DNA of 64,000 nt from a virus. The notes under the pieces were generated by a model, which saw only the letters and a list, made by a program, of their open reading frames with translations, ran no database searches and was not told where the DNA came from. Positions 8,961 through 20,291 of the stretch are shown here, piece after piece. Location of the stretch: the IMG/VR virus record IMGVR_UViG_3300021964_000018, positions 32,001 to 96,000 of that record; one strand, written 5' to 3'. Positions within the stretch are counted from its first letter, which is position 1; the number at the start of each line of letters is the position of its first letter. Position numbers and translations under genes: made by a program.

Positions 8961-11081
8961 ATGTCTCCACCTGACGTTAATTTATCATCTGAGTCAATTG
9001 ACAAATTAGTTACCGCGATGATGGGCAGGCAACAATCTTTCAATAACGTAAATACTTCAGACCCTTCTAGTGCTTTTACCGGTGGTAATGTTAGATCTGG
9101 AAGAACTGACCAAGAAAGTTTAGCATTAAGTGCAACTTATTTTTCAGGTCTTGCAGGTAAAATGGAAACAGCAACTGACACATATCTTAAGGGTATCAAT
9201 GATATGTTTATGGGTCACGCTAAAAACTATGAAATGATTAATGAATCAATTGGCGGGTACTTAGATCATTCAAAATTAGCAGAATCATCAGCAACAACAA
9301 TGAAACAGTATGTTGAAAGATATGATCAAATGATCGATGCATACGGTACTTCTACTGATGAATTTGTAAAATTGCAAAAAGATGCAGGTGTTGAAATAAC
9401 TGCTGAACAAGAAGCTCGTATGGGTGAAGTAGGAACCGATTTTATAACAAAATACTTTAAAAGTGGAGAAGCGGCCGCTAAAGTCCAGAACGAAGTATTG
9501 AATGAATTAGTAACGCAAAATGCGCAAGCCATTAATGATATGGATGAATTTTCAAGAATGGAGCTAGCTTTAATTAATAGAAATACAGGTATTGGCGCCA
9601 AGCGAATAGCTCAAATCATGGAAAACGAGTTAGTCAGAACAGGTGAGGCAACTAACAATGCAATGTTTAAGGTTGCTGGCTTTTCTAAAAAAATGTCAGA
9701 AGAAACTGGTTTGTCTCTAAAATTAATTCAGGACTCTACAACGCGTGTAATGGAAAATATTCAACAATTTGGCCATGTCACAGAAGAAGAAGCAACAAGA
9801 ATATCAGTTCAAATACAACAGTTAGGAATGAAATTCGAGACTTTTGAAGGTTTGACTCAAAAATTTCAAGATTTTGATACAGCTGCTAGTGCAATGGGAG
9901 ACATATCTCAATTGACAGGAGGCGCTGTACAATTTGATGCACAAGAAATGGCATATCTTGCTAGTGAAGATCAAGATGAATTTTTAAGAGTATTAAGGGG
10001 TAGCTTTCTCGAGTCTGGATTTGACAAAGATCAATTTCTTGATATGACTAATGCTGAGCAACGCGCAATTGCTGAATCTATGGGAATGCAAAGAAATGAA
10101 TTCGCGATGTTAATTGATCGTGAAAGAGATATATCTTCAAAAGAACAATTAGATCAGATTATGAAAGAAGCAACTGAAGAAGGTTTAACGACTGAAAAAG
10201 GTGCTATGGAGGTGATTAAAGAACAGAAAAAAGCACTGGATAATTCTATTAAATCCTCACAAGAGCTAATGGATGCTGCAAGAAAAAGAGAAATGGACAG
10301 AAATAGAAAATTTTCTACTGAAACTATAGAAAACATGGTTGATTTTAGAAAAAATGCTTTAATAGCTTTAGATGTTCCTGAAATAGCTGAGTCCATAAAT
10401 AAAAGTATTGCTGGTGCCATGAAAAGCTCGTCAACAGTTTTAAAAGACGTAACAGAAAAAATTATCGACAAAGGTGGAATTATTAAAGGAATTGAGTCCA
10501 TAGGTACAGATTTAATGCAGCCAATGTTCGACGTATTTAAAGGTGGAGGTGAATCAGCAGTTTCCGGCATGAAAGAAGGGTCAGTAGAATTACAGCCAAG
10601 TTCATTACCACCTTTATTTCAAAAAGTAGTAGATGAAACAGGAAAGTATTTAGGGCCTGGTTTTTATGACGTATTTAAAATAGCCGGCGAAATGTCAGCA
10701 AAAGGAATGACAGATGGTTTAGGTGATATGGGTATTGATCCATTAACAGTTTTAAAAGGTGTTAAGGCTATTAAAGACATAAAGACAAAACCAATGATGT
10801 TGCAAAATAATATTGATAGAGTTTTAACAGCTTTAGAAGAGGTTAAAAAACAAGATATAGAAAAGTATGGAGCTGCAATTGAACAATTGACAGAAAATAT
10901 AAAAATTATTAATGAAACCACAGGTAAGTTAAGTGATAATCAGACTAGTTTGTTGGAAATGTTAGGTAAGGGAAAAGAAATTGTATTAAATATTGATGGC
11001 AAAAAAGTAGGTGAAGCAATACTTGATCGGTCTCCTGATATAGAAAATATTGCTGGAATTAAATTTGTGACAGAGGGATAG
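8961..11081 (+). CDS. Tape measure protein (probable)
   Basis: Long helical A/E/Q/M-rich protein after the chaperone; C-term IVLNIDGKKVGE motif typical of tape measures. Confidence 0.7.
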   Translation: MSPPDVNLSSESIDKLVTAMMGRQQSFNNVNTSDPSSAFTGGNVRSGRTDQESLALSATYFSGLAGKMETATDTYLKGINDMFMGHAKNYEMINESIGGYLDHSKLAESSATTMKQYVERYDQMIDAYGTSTDEFVKLQKDAGVEITAEQEARMGEVGTDFITKYFKSGEAAAKVQNEVLNELVTQNAQAINDMDEFSRMELALINRNTGIGAKRIAQIMENELVRTGEATNNAMFKVAGFSKKMSEETGLSLKLIQDSTTRVMENIQQFGHVTEEEATRISVQIQQLGMKFETFEGLTQKFQDFDTAASAMGDISQLTGGAVQFDAQEMAYLASEDQDEFLRVLRGSFLESGFDKDQFLDMTNAEQRAIAESMGMQRNEFAMLIDRERDISSKEQLDQIMKEATEEGLTTEKGAMEVIKEQKKALDNSIKSSQELMDAARKREMDRNRKFSTETIENMVDFRKNALIALDVPEIAESINKSIAGAMKSSSTVLKDVTEKIIDKGGIIKGIESIGTDLMQPMFDVFKGGGESAVSGMKEGSVELQPSSLPPLFQKVVDETGKYLGPGFYDVFKIAGEMSAKGMTDGLGDMGIDPLTVLKGVKAIKDIKTKPMMLQNNIDRVLTALEEVKKQDIEKYGAAIEQLTENIKIINETTGKLSDNQTSLLEMLGKGKEIVLNIDGKKVGEAILDRSPDIENIAGIKFVTEG

Positions 11082-11082
11082 A

Positions 11083-11298
11083 ATGAGTAAGTTATTAGAT
11101 GAATCTTATAAATCTTTAAAAAACTTTACAAAAAATAATGATATGACAGATTCTGAATTAAAAGAACTTGATGAATTTATCAAATTAATCGATCAAAAGC
11201 TAATAGAGATTAATTCTAAAAAAGATAAAAATTTTATTGTAAACTTAGGAAAAGCTTTTAAATATTTAATAGAGAGAGAGGATAAAGATGACAACTAG
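11083..11298 (+). CDS. Hypothetical protein
   Basis: 71-aa ORF tightly packed between its neighbours. Confidence 0.6.
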   Translation: MSKLLDESYKSLKNFTKNNDMTDSELKELDEFIKLIDQKLIEINSKKDKNFIVNLGKAFKYLIEREDKDDN

Positions 11299-14200
11299 AG
11301 AAACATTAAAAAACTTTCTCAATAAACTAAATTTATCTTCTGATAAAATATCTTATCAAGTTAATCCTGCATCAGGAGACCCCAACGATACAGACTCATT
11401 ATTAGAAAGAGGATTATCTGACTTAGGCGCAGACCCAAATACTGGGAAAGAATTATTAAATTTTGAAAAAGAAGAAAGTTTACTTAACGATTATGTGAAT
11501 TTTATAACAGATAGAAATGAATATTCTATCAACAAAGGAATTACACAAGGAATTGCACAAAAAAGAGGCGATAGTTTATCATCAGATCATGGTGCAGAAA
11601 CTTTTACAGATAATAATAGCGTATTAGAAGAGAGGTTAAGTAGTTATTCTAATTCAAAGTATTTTCAAAATTTATCAGAGATTGTCGATAAAACATCAAA
11701 GGAAAAAACAAATCACAATTTACTTAAGAATATACCTGGGAGTGATTTAAATGACTCTGGTGAAACTTTAATTCCTAATAACAGTGATAATATAGTTTTA
11801 AATTCAGTTGATACTGTCTTGAAACAGAATAATCGTTTCGCTAGTGTTAAAACCGGTACTGCTTTTGCTCCTCGTGGTATAAATGAAGCAGATTTTGAAG
11901 GTGAATCTGAAAGTGGTAGTCATTTAATTCAAAATAAGTTTGGTACTTTTGATAAAAGAGAATTAAAATATGATATTGACATGCTTAAAAAAGTAGGATT
12001 AAGTATGTTATATAAATCTTCTGGTTATGATACAGGACAAATTCCTGGAGAAAGCATCGATCCTGAAAAACTGGAAGGTTCTGATGGTTATGGAGATATT
12101 GGAAATCAGACAGTTTTGCCAGACTTTATTTTAAATAATAGATTTGTCAAAAGAGACTTTAAAAGTGTAAGAGCTTTAAACTCAGAAAGTGCACCAAAAA
12201 ATAGTTCTGGTCGTCCTTTCAATGAAGATCCTGAAATTTTAGGTCAAGAAGAAGGAAACAATTCAAAAACTTTTGGTTCAGTTTACAATGATTCTGTACA
12301 TTTTGACGGCAAAAATAGAAAAATTCTTATGATTAAAGCTTCAATTGCATGCAAATCTGTGATTAATATTGCAAAAGAATTTTATGAAGAAATTAAAGCT
12401 TCAATAACAACAACGCCAGACGAAACTAATCCGAGTTTTGCCAATTTAACTCAATCAAAAACAACTACTGGACCTTATTTTTTAGGAAGTTCAAGAGGGG
12501 TTCTGTCAGCCAATTTAGATTTAATTAGAAAATCATTAATTACTGCAACAAAACATGATTATACAAATTGTATAGATGCAGGAATTGAAGTAATGTTTGG
12601 TAATCTAGAATCAGAAAATTTAGATAGTATCGTATTTAAACAGTCTCCAGGTCAGTTATTAGCAATTTGTTTATCAGCAATTAAGTCATATGAAAAAATG
12701 ATAGATTTAATTAATGAAAGAACTTTGAATCAACCTGAGAATATTGCATCATCTGTTATTGGAATTTTAAATACTTTAAAAGATAACAACCTTATTAAAT
12801 TTTTAAATGTACTTGCTACAATTGGTGATCGAGCACTAATGGCTTCTGGTGGTAATAAAGACTTAAGCGTCAAACAATCTATTAGAAATGTAGATAGTTT
12901 AAGTGATGCTGCCGGTAATCGCCCTGGAAAACATAGAAAACGTAACGGGAGAACAATAACACAGGTTGCATGGAATCAAAACGAAACAATTAATTCCTAT
13001 ATATTACCTTTGAATATAGTAAGAGCTAGTGCAAAGTTATCACAAGGAAATAATTCTCCTAATCCTGTTAAATCCATGTTAGGTTCTGGACTTTATGAAA
13101 ATACATATTTGTCTGTGAATAATGACGGAGCCGGCTCAAGAATACCAAATGAAGTAGTTAAAGAAATAGAAGATCGTCTAGACGCTGAATATGTTCCTTT
13201 TTATATACAAGATTTAAGAACTAATGAAATCATATCTTTTCATGCTTTTTTATCATCTTTATCTGATACTATTACACCAAACTTTAACTCTACTCAAGGT
13301 TATGGACGAATGGATCCAGTACAGATATACTCTGATACAAAAAGATCAATCACGGTTTCTTTTACTTTAATGGCGACTTCAAGAGAAGATTTTGATTTAA
13401 TGTGGTATAAAATTAATAAATTAACAACATTAGTATATCCGCAATGGACACAAGGTACAAAAGTTTCTAATGGTGGCGATAATGTTTTTATTCAACCATT
13501 TAGTCAAGTTATTGGAGCATCACCATTGGTAAGATTAAGAGTAGGTGATGTTGTTAAATCAAACTATTCTAGGTTTAATTTGTCAAGAATATTTGGCATT
13601 GGTGATTCAAATATTACAACAAAACCTCAAGGTCAATCTTTATTATCACAAGGATTAGATTTTGTTGAAGATAATACACCGATTAATTTTGATGCAATCC
13701 AAGAAGCTGCAATTAAAACCCTAACATTGGCTTTTGGTTCTCCAGCACAATATTTAAATATAGGAAATGTTCAAGACACTGCATTGGATCAATTATCAGT
13801 TTTAAATTTTAACCTTGGAGCAGCTGCTCAGAAAACATTGTCAGCTGCTCAGGAAACATTGTTAACATTATTACACAATGGATTTGTTAATCCACTTTTG
13901 ATGACAGCAGTGATTAATAAAATAAGTACACCTAATCTAAGTATTGACAATTTAAACGAGGTAAATTTATTGGGTATCGGTAATGCGGCTGATATTGTAA
14001 ATGCCGCTTTGGAATCGTCAGGAGTATCTGATGCTTTAGATTTAATTGGGTCGACTTTTCAAAAGCCAGTGGTGAAAGCAAATACAAATCAAGGATATAG
14101 GACACCAGATCAAAGAATAATTTATCTTTCAAAAAATACAACAATTAAAATTTTAGAAGATAGTAATACATCTGGAGAAAACCAAAAAATATTCAAAGCT

Positions 14201-14794
14201 CTAATATCAGATTCAAATTCTGATTTAGATGGAGAAGAAATATTTCTTCAATTTTCAGATTTATATTTTAGTCCTGATTATTTATTTAGAGCATCTGGTG
14301 TCGGTAATTTATTTTTTGCAGCAGAAGGAATAGAATCTTTTGCTGACGAAGGTGTTGACATACTTCAAGAAAACAATGCTAAATATGGTGCAACTCCAGG
14401 ATTAGCAGATTTAGCAAAAAATCTTTATAAGAAAGACGAAGTAATGTTTATGGAACCAAAAGAAAATCCATTTACACGTGCTTATGAAACAACAGCAGGA
14501 AGAGGTTTAGCAGGAACTTTAGGAGGATTAACATTTGACTGGGGGAATGGAGATACTTTTACATGGGAAATCGATCATAATGCACGTGCTCCAAAAGGTG
14601 TAAAGATTACTTTTAATCTGGCAGTCATACATGATATTCCACCTGGAATGGATCATAGCGGATATAATCGTGCACCTCTTTATAATGTTGGTGAAATAAT
14701 GAAACATGTCGCCGGCGATCCTTATTCAGATGGAGCTGCTATGAGCAGATTTAGGTACGAGTCGGCAAGAAAAGACAAAAAATCTGGAGAATAA
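11288..14794 (+). CDS. Baseplate / tube-initiator-like structural protein
   Basis: Internal tube-fold-like segment PFYIQDLRTNEIISFHAFL..LSD...YGRMDPVQIY..TKRSITVSF...SPLVRLRVGD; located after tape measure and before the LysM protein. Confidence 0.55.
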   Translation: MTTRETLKNFLNKLNLSSDKISYQVNPASGDPNDTDSLLERGLSDLGADPNTGKELLNFEKEESLLNDYVNFITDRNEYSINKGITQGIAQKRGDSLSSDHGAETFTDNNSVLEERLSSYSNSKYFQNLSEIVDKTSKEKTNHNLLKNIPGSDLNDSGETLIPNNSDNIVLNSVDTVLKQNNRFASVKTGTAFAPRGINEADFEGESESGSHLIQNKFGTFDKRELKYDIDMLKKVGLSMLYKSSGYDTGQIPGESIDPEKLEGSDGYGDIGNQTVLPDFILNNRFVKRDFKSVRALNSESAPKNSSGRPFNEDPEILGQEEGNNSKTFGSVYNDSVHFDGKNRKILMIKASIACKSVINIAKEFYEEIKASITTTPDETNPSFANLTQSKTTTGPYFLGSSRGVLSANLDLIRKSLITATKHDYTNCIDAGIEVMFGNLESENLDSIVFKQSPGQLLAICLSAIKSYEKMIDLINERTLNQPENIASSVIGILNTLKDNNLIKFLNVLATIGDRALMASGGNKDLSVKQSIRNVDSLSDAAGNRPGKHRKRNGRTITQVAWNQNETINSYILPLNIVRASAKLSQGNNSPNPVKSMLGSGLYENTYLSVNNDGAGSRIPNEVVKEIEDRLDAEYVPFYIQDLRTNEIISFHAFLSSLSDTITPNFNSTQGYGRMDPVQIYSDTKRSITVSFTLMATSREDFDLMWYKINKLTTLVYPQWTQGTKVSNGGDNVFIQPFSQVIGASPLVRLRVGDVVKSNYSRFNLSRIFGIGDSNITTKPQGQSLLSQGLDFVEDNTPINFDAIQEAAIKTLTLAFGSPAQYLNIGNVQDTALDQLSVLNFNLGAAAQKTLSAAQETLLTLLHNGFVNPLLMTAVINKISTPNLSIDNLNEVNLLGIGNAADIVNAALESSGVSDALDLIGSTFQKPVVKANTNQGYRTPDQRIIYLSKNTTIKILEDSNTSGENQKIFKALISDSNSDLDGEEIFLQFSDLYFSPDYLFRASGVGNLFFAAEGIESFADEGVDILQENNAKYGATPGLADLAKNLYKKDEVMFMEPKENPFTRAYETTAGRGLAGTLGGLTFDWGNGDTFTWEIDHNARAPKGVKITFNLAVIHDIPPGMDHSGYNRAPLYNVGEIMKHVAGDPYSDGAAMSRFRYESARKDKKSGE
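13821..13862 (+). repeat. 21-nt tandem duplication inside baseplate gene
   Basis: cagctgctcagaaaacattgt / cagctgctcaggaaacattgt (AAQKTLS AAQETLL). Confidence 0.8.
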
Positions 14795-14796
14795 AT

Positions 14797-15099
14797 ATGG
14801 GACTTTCAAGATACTCATTTTCAAAAAAAATTACCTTTAATGGTAAAACAATTTATGGAACAAACAGATTAAGTGCAAACATTTATAATGCTGTAGAAAA
14901 TAATTCAATTTCTTTTCAAACTTATACTTTAACTGAAGGTGAAAGATTAGATGTTATTGCTGGTAAGTTTTACGGAGATGCAAGTTATTGGTGGATAATT
15001 GCCGCGGCATCTGGTATCGGCTGGCCGCTTCAAGTTCCTCCCGGTACTTTTTTAAGAATTCCGCAAAATTTAAATGATGTATTTGGATTAATTTTATGA
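14797..15099 (+). CDS. LysM-like baseplate wedge protein (gp53/gpX-like)
   Basis: YTLTEGERLDVIAGKFYGDASYWWIIAAAS...GTFLRIP. Confidence 0.85.
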   Translation: MGLSRYSFSKKITFNGKTIYGTNRLSANIYNAVENNSISFQTYTLTEGERLDVIAGKFYGDASYWWIIAAASGIGWPLQVPPGTFLRIPQNLNDVFGLIL

Positions 15100-18000
15100 G
15101 CAGTGATTATATTTCAAACAACCCTAATGTAAGAATCAATATTCTTAGAAAAATAGCAAAAGAATATGAAGGTTATATAGCGGGAATTGGAGGAGATAAT
15201 ACTTTATACAAGTTTTCACCAGACTCAGAATTAAAAGCATTATTAAAACCAGGTGAAGAAAGCAGAACAAAAAACAACATGTCTGAAGAACAAAAGCAGA
15301 TACGCCTAATTGAACAAGCTTTAAATGCAATATTAGATACTGCAAATGGAGCATATCTAACTAAAGATTATTTATCAAAAAGTAAAATATATAATGGTAT
15401 TGATATATCAAAATTAGGTGATAATGCAACCTCATCAGAAGAAGCTTTATTATTAGGTAAAAGTTTAAAAATATTAACTCAAAAAAAGTTAATCAATAGT
15501 ATTATAGATGCTCCATTGAATTTAACGCCTAGTACAGGTATAATCACTACTAGTACATCTCCGTTTAATGATGTATCAGAAAGAGGATTAATATTTACAC
15601 CAACAGAAGCTTCAAAAAAAGAATCAGATTTAACTGAAGAAGAGAAAAAAGATAGAAAAAAACAATCAAAAATTGATAAGCTAAAAAGCAAATATAACAC
15701 TTTCGATAAATTTAATGAATTAAAGCCAGATCAAAAAGAAGCAATTGCAAAAGATTTAGATTTAAAAGTTTCTGAAATAGAGTCAGCACTTAAAAAAAGA
15801 GATGCAGAAAAAAACACATCTCAAAATGCAAAAGAAAAACTAATTCAAGCAAGAAAAGATGCTGTTGCAAAATCAAATAATGGTTCTTTAAGAACTGACA
15901 ATGTCAATATTGCAGACATTGATAATTTTATTTTAGAAAACCCAGGAAGACAAACAGAAGAAGTAAAAGACAACTCAGGAAAAGTAATCAGTTCAAATTC
16001 TGCAGTACTTGTTTCTTTACCGATTAATAATGATCAATCAGGAAATCAAAAAAATCCTAATTTTGCAATGAGTGCATATGTTTTTTGCAACCAAAGTATT
16101 CAAAGGTCTGGAAAATCAAAAGATTACTTGAGTCTTTTTCTAAATGGAATTCCTCCTATTGAAATGTCAAGATGTACTCCCTATCTAGATATTACTGTAT
16201 ATCATAAAAACAAGTCAAAAAACAAAAAAAGGTTTTTAAATCATGAATATCATATGCGATTTATTAAACAAGAAAACGGAGAATTTGTTTTATCTGAAGG
16301 TGCAATATCTAATGCAAAAAGATTAAATGGAGCTCCAAGAGAAAGTGGTCTAGATTCAAGTTTTATGTCGATTTTTACATCCCCACAGACCATGGCAAAT
16401 GGAAATATTAATAAAGGCGTAAATGCAGACAATATATTTAAAAACTACACAACTTCAGATAAAAATTCTATAGGGGACCAAAGATTTTTAGAACCTATTG
16501 TTCCTTTATTAACTTTAAACTCTTTTCAGGTCACGATTGCTGGCATGGGATATGGAATGGTTTCCTCCAGAAAAGGAAGTATGTCTTTGGTGTTGCATGA
16601 TAGAAGTCGATTGCAAGATTTTGCACCTTTGATTAGTTTAAATCAATTATCAGGTACTAGCATAAGGGTAGAATTTGGTTGGAGTCATCCAGATGGTAAT
16701 CCTTTGACTAGTAAAAACGAAATAGGTAAATTTTTAAATGCAATGAGAGATGTCCAGTTTTATAATTTGCTAGGGTCAAATCTTTCATTTCAAAATAATT
16801 CTGTAAATATTGAAGTTCAATTAGCTTCTGCTGGATTTGAGTTCATGTCAGACGTATCTGCTGCAGCAGGTTATTATTCTCCGCTCAATTTTATTAATAA
16901 AAAGCTTAATAAAATTATTAATGACATTATTGAAAAAGAATCAAATACCAATCAGCCAATAGAAAATTCTCCTCAAGAAAAAGTGCTTAAACAAATGAAG
17001 ATAATAAGGACAGCAATTACTTCACAAACAGCTGTAGTAAAGTCTGAAGATTATAAAAAAGTTTTGTCTGAGTTAGAATCAGATAAATCAAACATTAGCA
17101 AGTTAAATACAGTGTTGAAAACATTGGGATATGTCAATGATGAATCAAAAGAAGTTAAAAACGCAAGTGAATTAATTAGTTTAATTAATGAGGATGAACT
17201 TAAAAAATCTTCAAAAGAAAGATCTTTGTACACATCCAAGCTAATAAAAGATAAAATTGCAATTGCAAGATTGACCGAAGATTTTGACCTTTTAGAAACA
17301 ACAAACACAGCTTTTCAAAATAAAATAATGAATTCAGGAGATTTGACAAAAGCACCAGATGAAGCAAACGTATTAGATGATTTAGGTTTAAGATTTAGTG
17401 AAACAATAAGCTTTGGAAAATTAGTGCTAATGTATTGTGCATTACCAATGATGTCAACTTGTGAATTTGCTGATGTTCAAGTTTTCTTTTATCCGATTAA
17501 TAATAGAGCAGGTGGAGCTAGAAGATTTACAACTGCATCTTTACCTATTGAATATAGCATTGTTCGTAATGCTATTGATGAAAGATTTAAAAATGAAGGA
17601 AATATTTCTGTAAAAGGTATGTTTAATTTTTTAGCAAATCTTTTTGAAGACACAGGTTTAAAAACTTATGGCATCGGAGAAACTTTTGACTTTGACAAAG
17701 AAAACGAAAAGCTTTCAAAAGAAGATCAAGAAAAGAAAAAACAGGAAGCAATCGATGATTATTTAAAAGATAATCAAGAAAAATTAACTCCCGAAGAAGA
17801 AGCAAAAGGTAAAAACAAAGAATTGACTGAAGAGAAAAAAGAAGCAATTTATAAATTAAGTCTTAAAAAAGCTTTTAGAAATCGCTCAAAAGAAAAAATA
17901 GCACAATTTTATGAAAATGATAATTTGCCTGCTGAAAATTCTAATGAGTTAGTTTTACCTAATTTGCAAATGCATATGGAAGTCTTGCCTGCAATTGATC

Positions 18001-18758
18001 CGGAAATTTCAGCTAAAAGCGCGTCAACAATTGAAAATTTCTTTTTTGGTGCAATCAAAAAGCAAAATGAAGACGGATACTTGGATGATAAAAAAATATT
18101 AAGAATTCATGTTTATGATACTAGATCGAATGGAAATCCTCGTGGAGAGTTATTAAACAAAATATTAAATGATGATGTTGCAAATTTTTTAACAGGAAAC
18201 TTATCTCATGTTGCAAATGATACTGATAAAGTAAAAATAGTAAGAGAAGATACTAAGTCGTCAAAACTTGTTAGTAAGATACCTACAAGAGAACTTAAAT
18301 ATTATGTTAAAAGAAGCTATCCTAACGTTACATGGGGTGCATCAAGCTCTGTGATAAAATCATTATCAGTTTCAAGTAATACTAGCGATAAAGTTTCAAA
18401 ACTGATAATGATTAGAAGGCAAGCAGACGAGAGAGCCGCGGGCGGAGCAAAAAATAGAGTAGGTCCAGAAGAAGAAGTTTCAATTAACCCATCATCAATT
18501 AGTTTAGAAATATTAGGATGTCCTTTTATTGATAGAGGAACTCAGATATTTGTAGATACTGGAACCGGAACTGATTTAGATAATGTTTATACTGTAAATA
18601 ATATAACACACAGTGTAAACTCAGGTATGTTTATGACTAGTTTAAGTTTAACTTTAACTGCGCAAGGTGCAATATCTAGTACGAGGAAAAATCTTGCAAA
18701 TAAACTTAAAACTGCAGTCAAAGTAATAGAAGAAAACTCTGAAACAAAAACAACATGA
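15096..18758 (+). CDS. Baseplate hub protein (gp27/gpD-like), large
   Basis: IRVEFGWSHP and C-term ISLEILGCPFI..G.QIFVD.GTGTDLDNVYTV..ITHSV..G.FMTSLSL; follows the LysM gene. Confidence 0.55.
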   Translation: MSSDYISNNPNVRINILRKIAKEYEGYIAGIGGDNTLYKFSPDSELKALLKPGEESRTKNNMSEEQKQIRLIEQALNAILDTANGAYLTKDYLSKSKIYNGIDISKLGDNATSSEEALLLGKSLKILTQKKLINSIIDAPLNLTPSTGIITTSTSPFNDVSERGLIFTPTEASKKESDLTEEEKKDRKKQSKIDKLKSKYNTFDKFNELKPDQKEAIAKDLDLKVSEIESALKKRDAEKNTSQNAKEKLIQARKDAVAKSNNGSLRTDNVNIADIDNFILENPGRQTEEVKDNSGKVISSNSAVLVSLPINNDQSGNQKNPNFAMSAYVFCNQSIQRSGKSKDYLSLFLNGIPPIEMSRCTPYLDITVYHKNKSKNKKRFLNHEYHMRFIKQENGEFVLSEGAISNAKRLNGAPRESGLDSSFMSIFTSPQTMANGNINKGVNADNIFKNYTTSDKNSIGDQRFLEPIVPLLTLNSFQVTIAGMGYGMVSSRKGSMSLVLHDRSRLQDFAPLISLNQLSGTSIRVEFGWSHPDGNPLTSKNEIGKFLNAMRDVQFYNLLGSNLSFQNNSVNIEVQLASAGFEFMSDVSAAAGYYSPLNFINKKLNKIINDIIEKESNTNQPIENSPQEKVLKQMKIIRTAITSQTAVVKSEDYKKVLSELESDKSNISKLNTVLKTLGYVNDESKEVKNASELISLINEDELKKSSKERSLYTSKLIKDKIAIARLTEDFDLLETTNTAFQNKIMNSGDLTKAPDEANVLDDLGLRFSETISFGKLVLMYCALPMMSTCEFADVQVFFYPINNRAGGARRFTTASLPIEYSIVRNAIDERFKNEGNISVKGMFNFLANLFEDTGLKTYGIGETFDFDKENEKLSKEDQEKKKQEAIDDYLKDNQEKLTPEEEAKGKNKELTEEKKEAIYKLSLKKAFRNRSKEKIAQFYENDNLPAENSNELVLPNLQMHMEVLPAIDPEISAKSASTIENFFFGAIKKQNEDGYLDDKKILRIHVYDTRSNGNPRGELLNKILNDDVANFLTGNLSHVANDTDKVKIVREDTKSSKLVSKIPTRELKYYVKRSYPNVTWGASSSVIKSLSVSSNTSDKVSKLIMIRRQADERAAGGAKNRVGPEEEVSINPSSISLEILGCPFIDRGTQIFVDTGTGTDLDNVYTVNNITHSVNSGMFMTSLSLTLTAQGAISSTRKNLANKLKTAVKVIEENSETKTT

Positions 18759-19789
18759 CCTGGATAAAACCTATTATGAATATTGGTATAAAAATAACTA
18801 AAGGATACAATTTCTCAGATAACACACTAGTAATAGGAAACAAAAAAAATATATTATCCCTAAACGAAATAAACGAAATAAACAGATTGTTAAATCTGAA
18901 ACAAATTAAAAACAAAAAACAATATTTTGATAAATTATTAACTTCTTTGAATGCATCAAAACAGGATGTGAATCGTTTAATTAACGTAAAAAATAAAAAT
19001 ATTTATTTGAAATACCTAAAAGAAGAAATAGAAAAGTCTAAAAATTACATTACTAGATATTTTTTTGAAACTTTACCATTAAGACTAGAATTATTTGAAA
19101 AGATTATAACACTAGAAAATTGTAAACCAACTATTTATGATCACAATACAACGACAGGAAGACTAAAAGTAATTGGTGGTACTAATTTTTTAACAATGAA
19201 AAGTGAAGATAGAAATAGATTAAAACATAAAGATGATAAAAAGATCATTCAAGAAATAGACTTTAAATCTTGCGAACCTAATTTTTATTTAAAAAGTAAA
19301 GGAATAGAATTTAATGGATCAGATGTTTATAATTTTTTAATGAAAAAATTAAATATTGAGTGTGAAAGATCAAGCTTTAAAAGAGGCGTACTTTCAATAA
19401 TTTATGGTGCAAATGAAATAACAGTATCAAAAATATCTAAAATACCTGTTAAGAAAATAAAAGAAATAAAACAAATATTCGATATTGATAATTTTTCAAA
19501 TAGTCTAGAAAAAGAATATAAAGAAAAAGGTTATATTGAGAATTATTATGGACGTCCTTTATTCTCAAAAAACAATTTAGTAAATCACTGGATTCAATCT
19601 TCTGCAGCTGATTATTGTTGTTTAGCATTTAGAGAATATTTAAATAAAAATACATCAATCGAATTGCACGGAGTAATTCATGACGCGATTATTGTTTCTG
19701 ATTATCAAAAAATAGATATTAATACAATAAAAGAGTCAATATCAAATATAGAAATCCCAGTATCAATTAAGAGTTTAGGAGATAATTAA
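18755..19789 (+). CDS. Family A DNA polymerase, polymerase domain only
   Basis: TTTGRL, motif A EIDFKSCEP, motif B R...K......IYG, GYIENYYGR, NHWIQSSAAD, motif C IHDA; no exonuclease domains. Confidence 0.8.
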   Translation: MTWIKPIMNIGIKITKGYNFSDNTLVIGNKKNILSLNEINEINRLLNLKQIKNKKQYFDKLLTSLNASKQDVNRLINVKNKNIYLKYLKEEIEKSKNYITRYFFETLPLRLELFEKIITLENCKPTIYDHNTTTGRLKVIGGTNFLTMKSEDRNRLKHKDDKKIIQEIDFKSCEPNFYLKSKGIEFNGSDVYNFLMKKLNIECERSSFKRGVLSIIYGANEITVSKISKIPVKKIKEIKQIFDIDNFSNSLEKEYKEKGYIENYYGRPLFSKNNLVNHWIQSSAADYCCLAFREYLNKNTSIELHGVIHDAIIVSDYQKIDINTIKESISNIEIPVSIKSLGDN

Positions 19790-19793
19790 TATT

Positions 19794-20288
19794 ATGAAAA
19801 AATTAAAAGAATTAAATTTAAACGTAGGCAGATCACCTGCAGAATACCCAGGAACGTCAACTAAATTTCCAATTGGTTATAATGGACAATTTATAGGAAA
19901 TGCTGATACTTCAAATAGTAGAAGAATGCAAGTTGTGGCTAATTCAAATGAAGAAGCCGGTTTAGAAGAAGAAGAATTATTAGAGCAAGAGGATGACATG
20001 ATAAAAGAAATTTTAAATGCTAGAGTTAAAAAAGAAAACAAATATTCATTATTAGAAACTTTAGAAAATATATCTGAAGTTGAGTCAGAAGAAGTTGAAG
20101 AAGAATCATATGAAGAAGTTAATTTAGAAGAGTTTTCAGGATCTGCGGCTGTTGTTGGTGCAACCGGTCCATTTGGTGACGAAAAAAGAAAAAATATATC
20201 ATCAGCAGAATATCTTCAAAAAGAACAAATTGAAAGAATGAGAATATTGGAAGCTTATCATCAAAAAACTTCAAATAGATTAAAATAA
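19794..20288 (+). CDS. Acidic hypothetical protein, possibly head-associated
   Basis: Glu-rich 164 aa with several LxE sites. Confidence 0.55.
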   Translation: MKKLKELNLNVGRSPAEYPGTSTKFPIGYNGQFIGNADTSNSRRMQVVANSNEEAGLEEEELLEQEDDMIKEILNARVKKENKYSLLETLENISEVESEEVEEESYEEVNLEEFSGSAAVVGATGPFGDEKRKNISSAEYLQKEQIERMRILEAYHQKTSNRLK

Positions 20289-20291
20289 TTT

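Noticed and set aside
662-18758. Extracellular contractile injection system / tailocin (multiple sheaths, tube, LysM, hub)
   Set aside because: It is contiguous and co-oriented with phage SSB, helicase, RecA, RNR and DnaE, and no bacterial housekeeping context is present.
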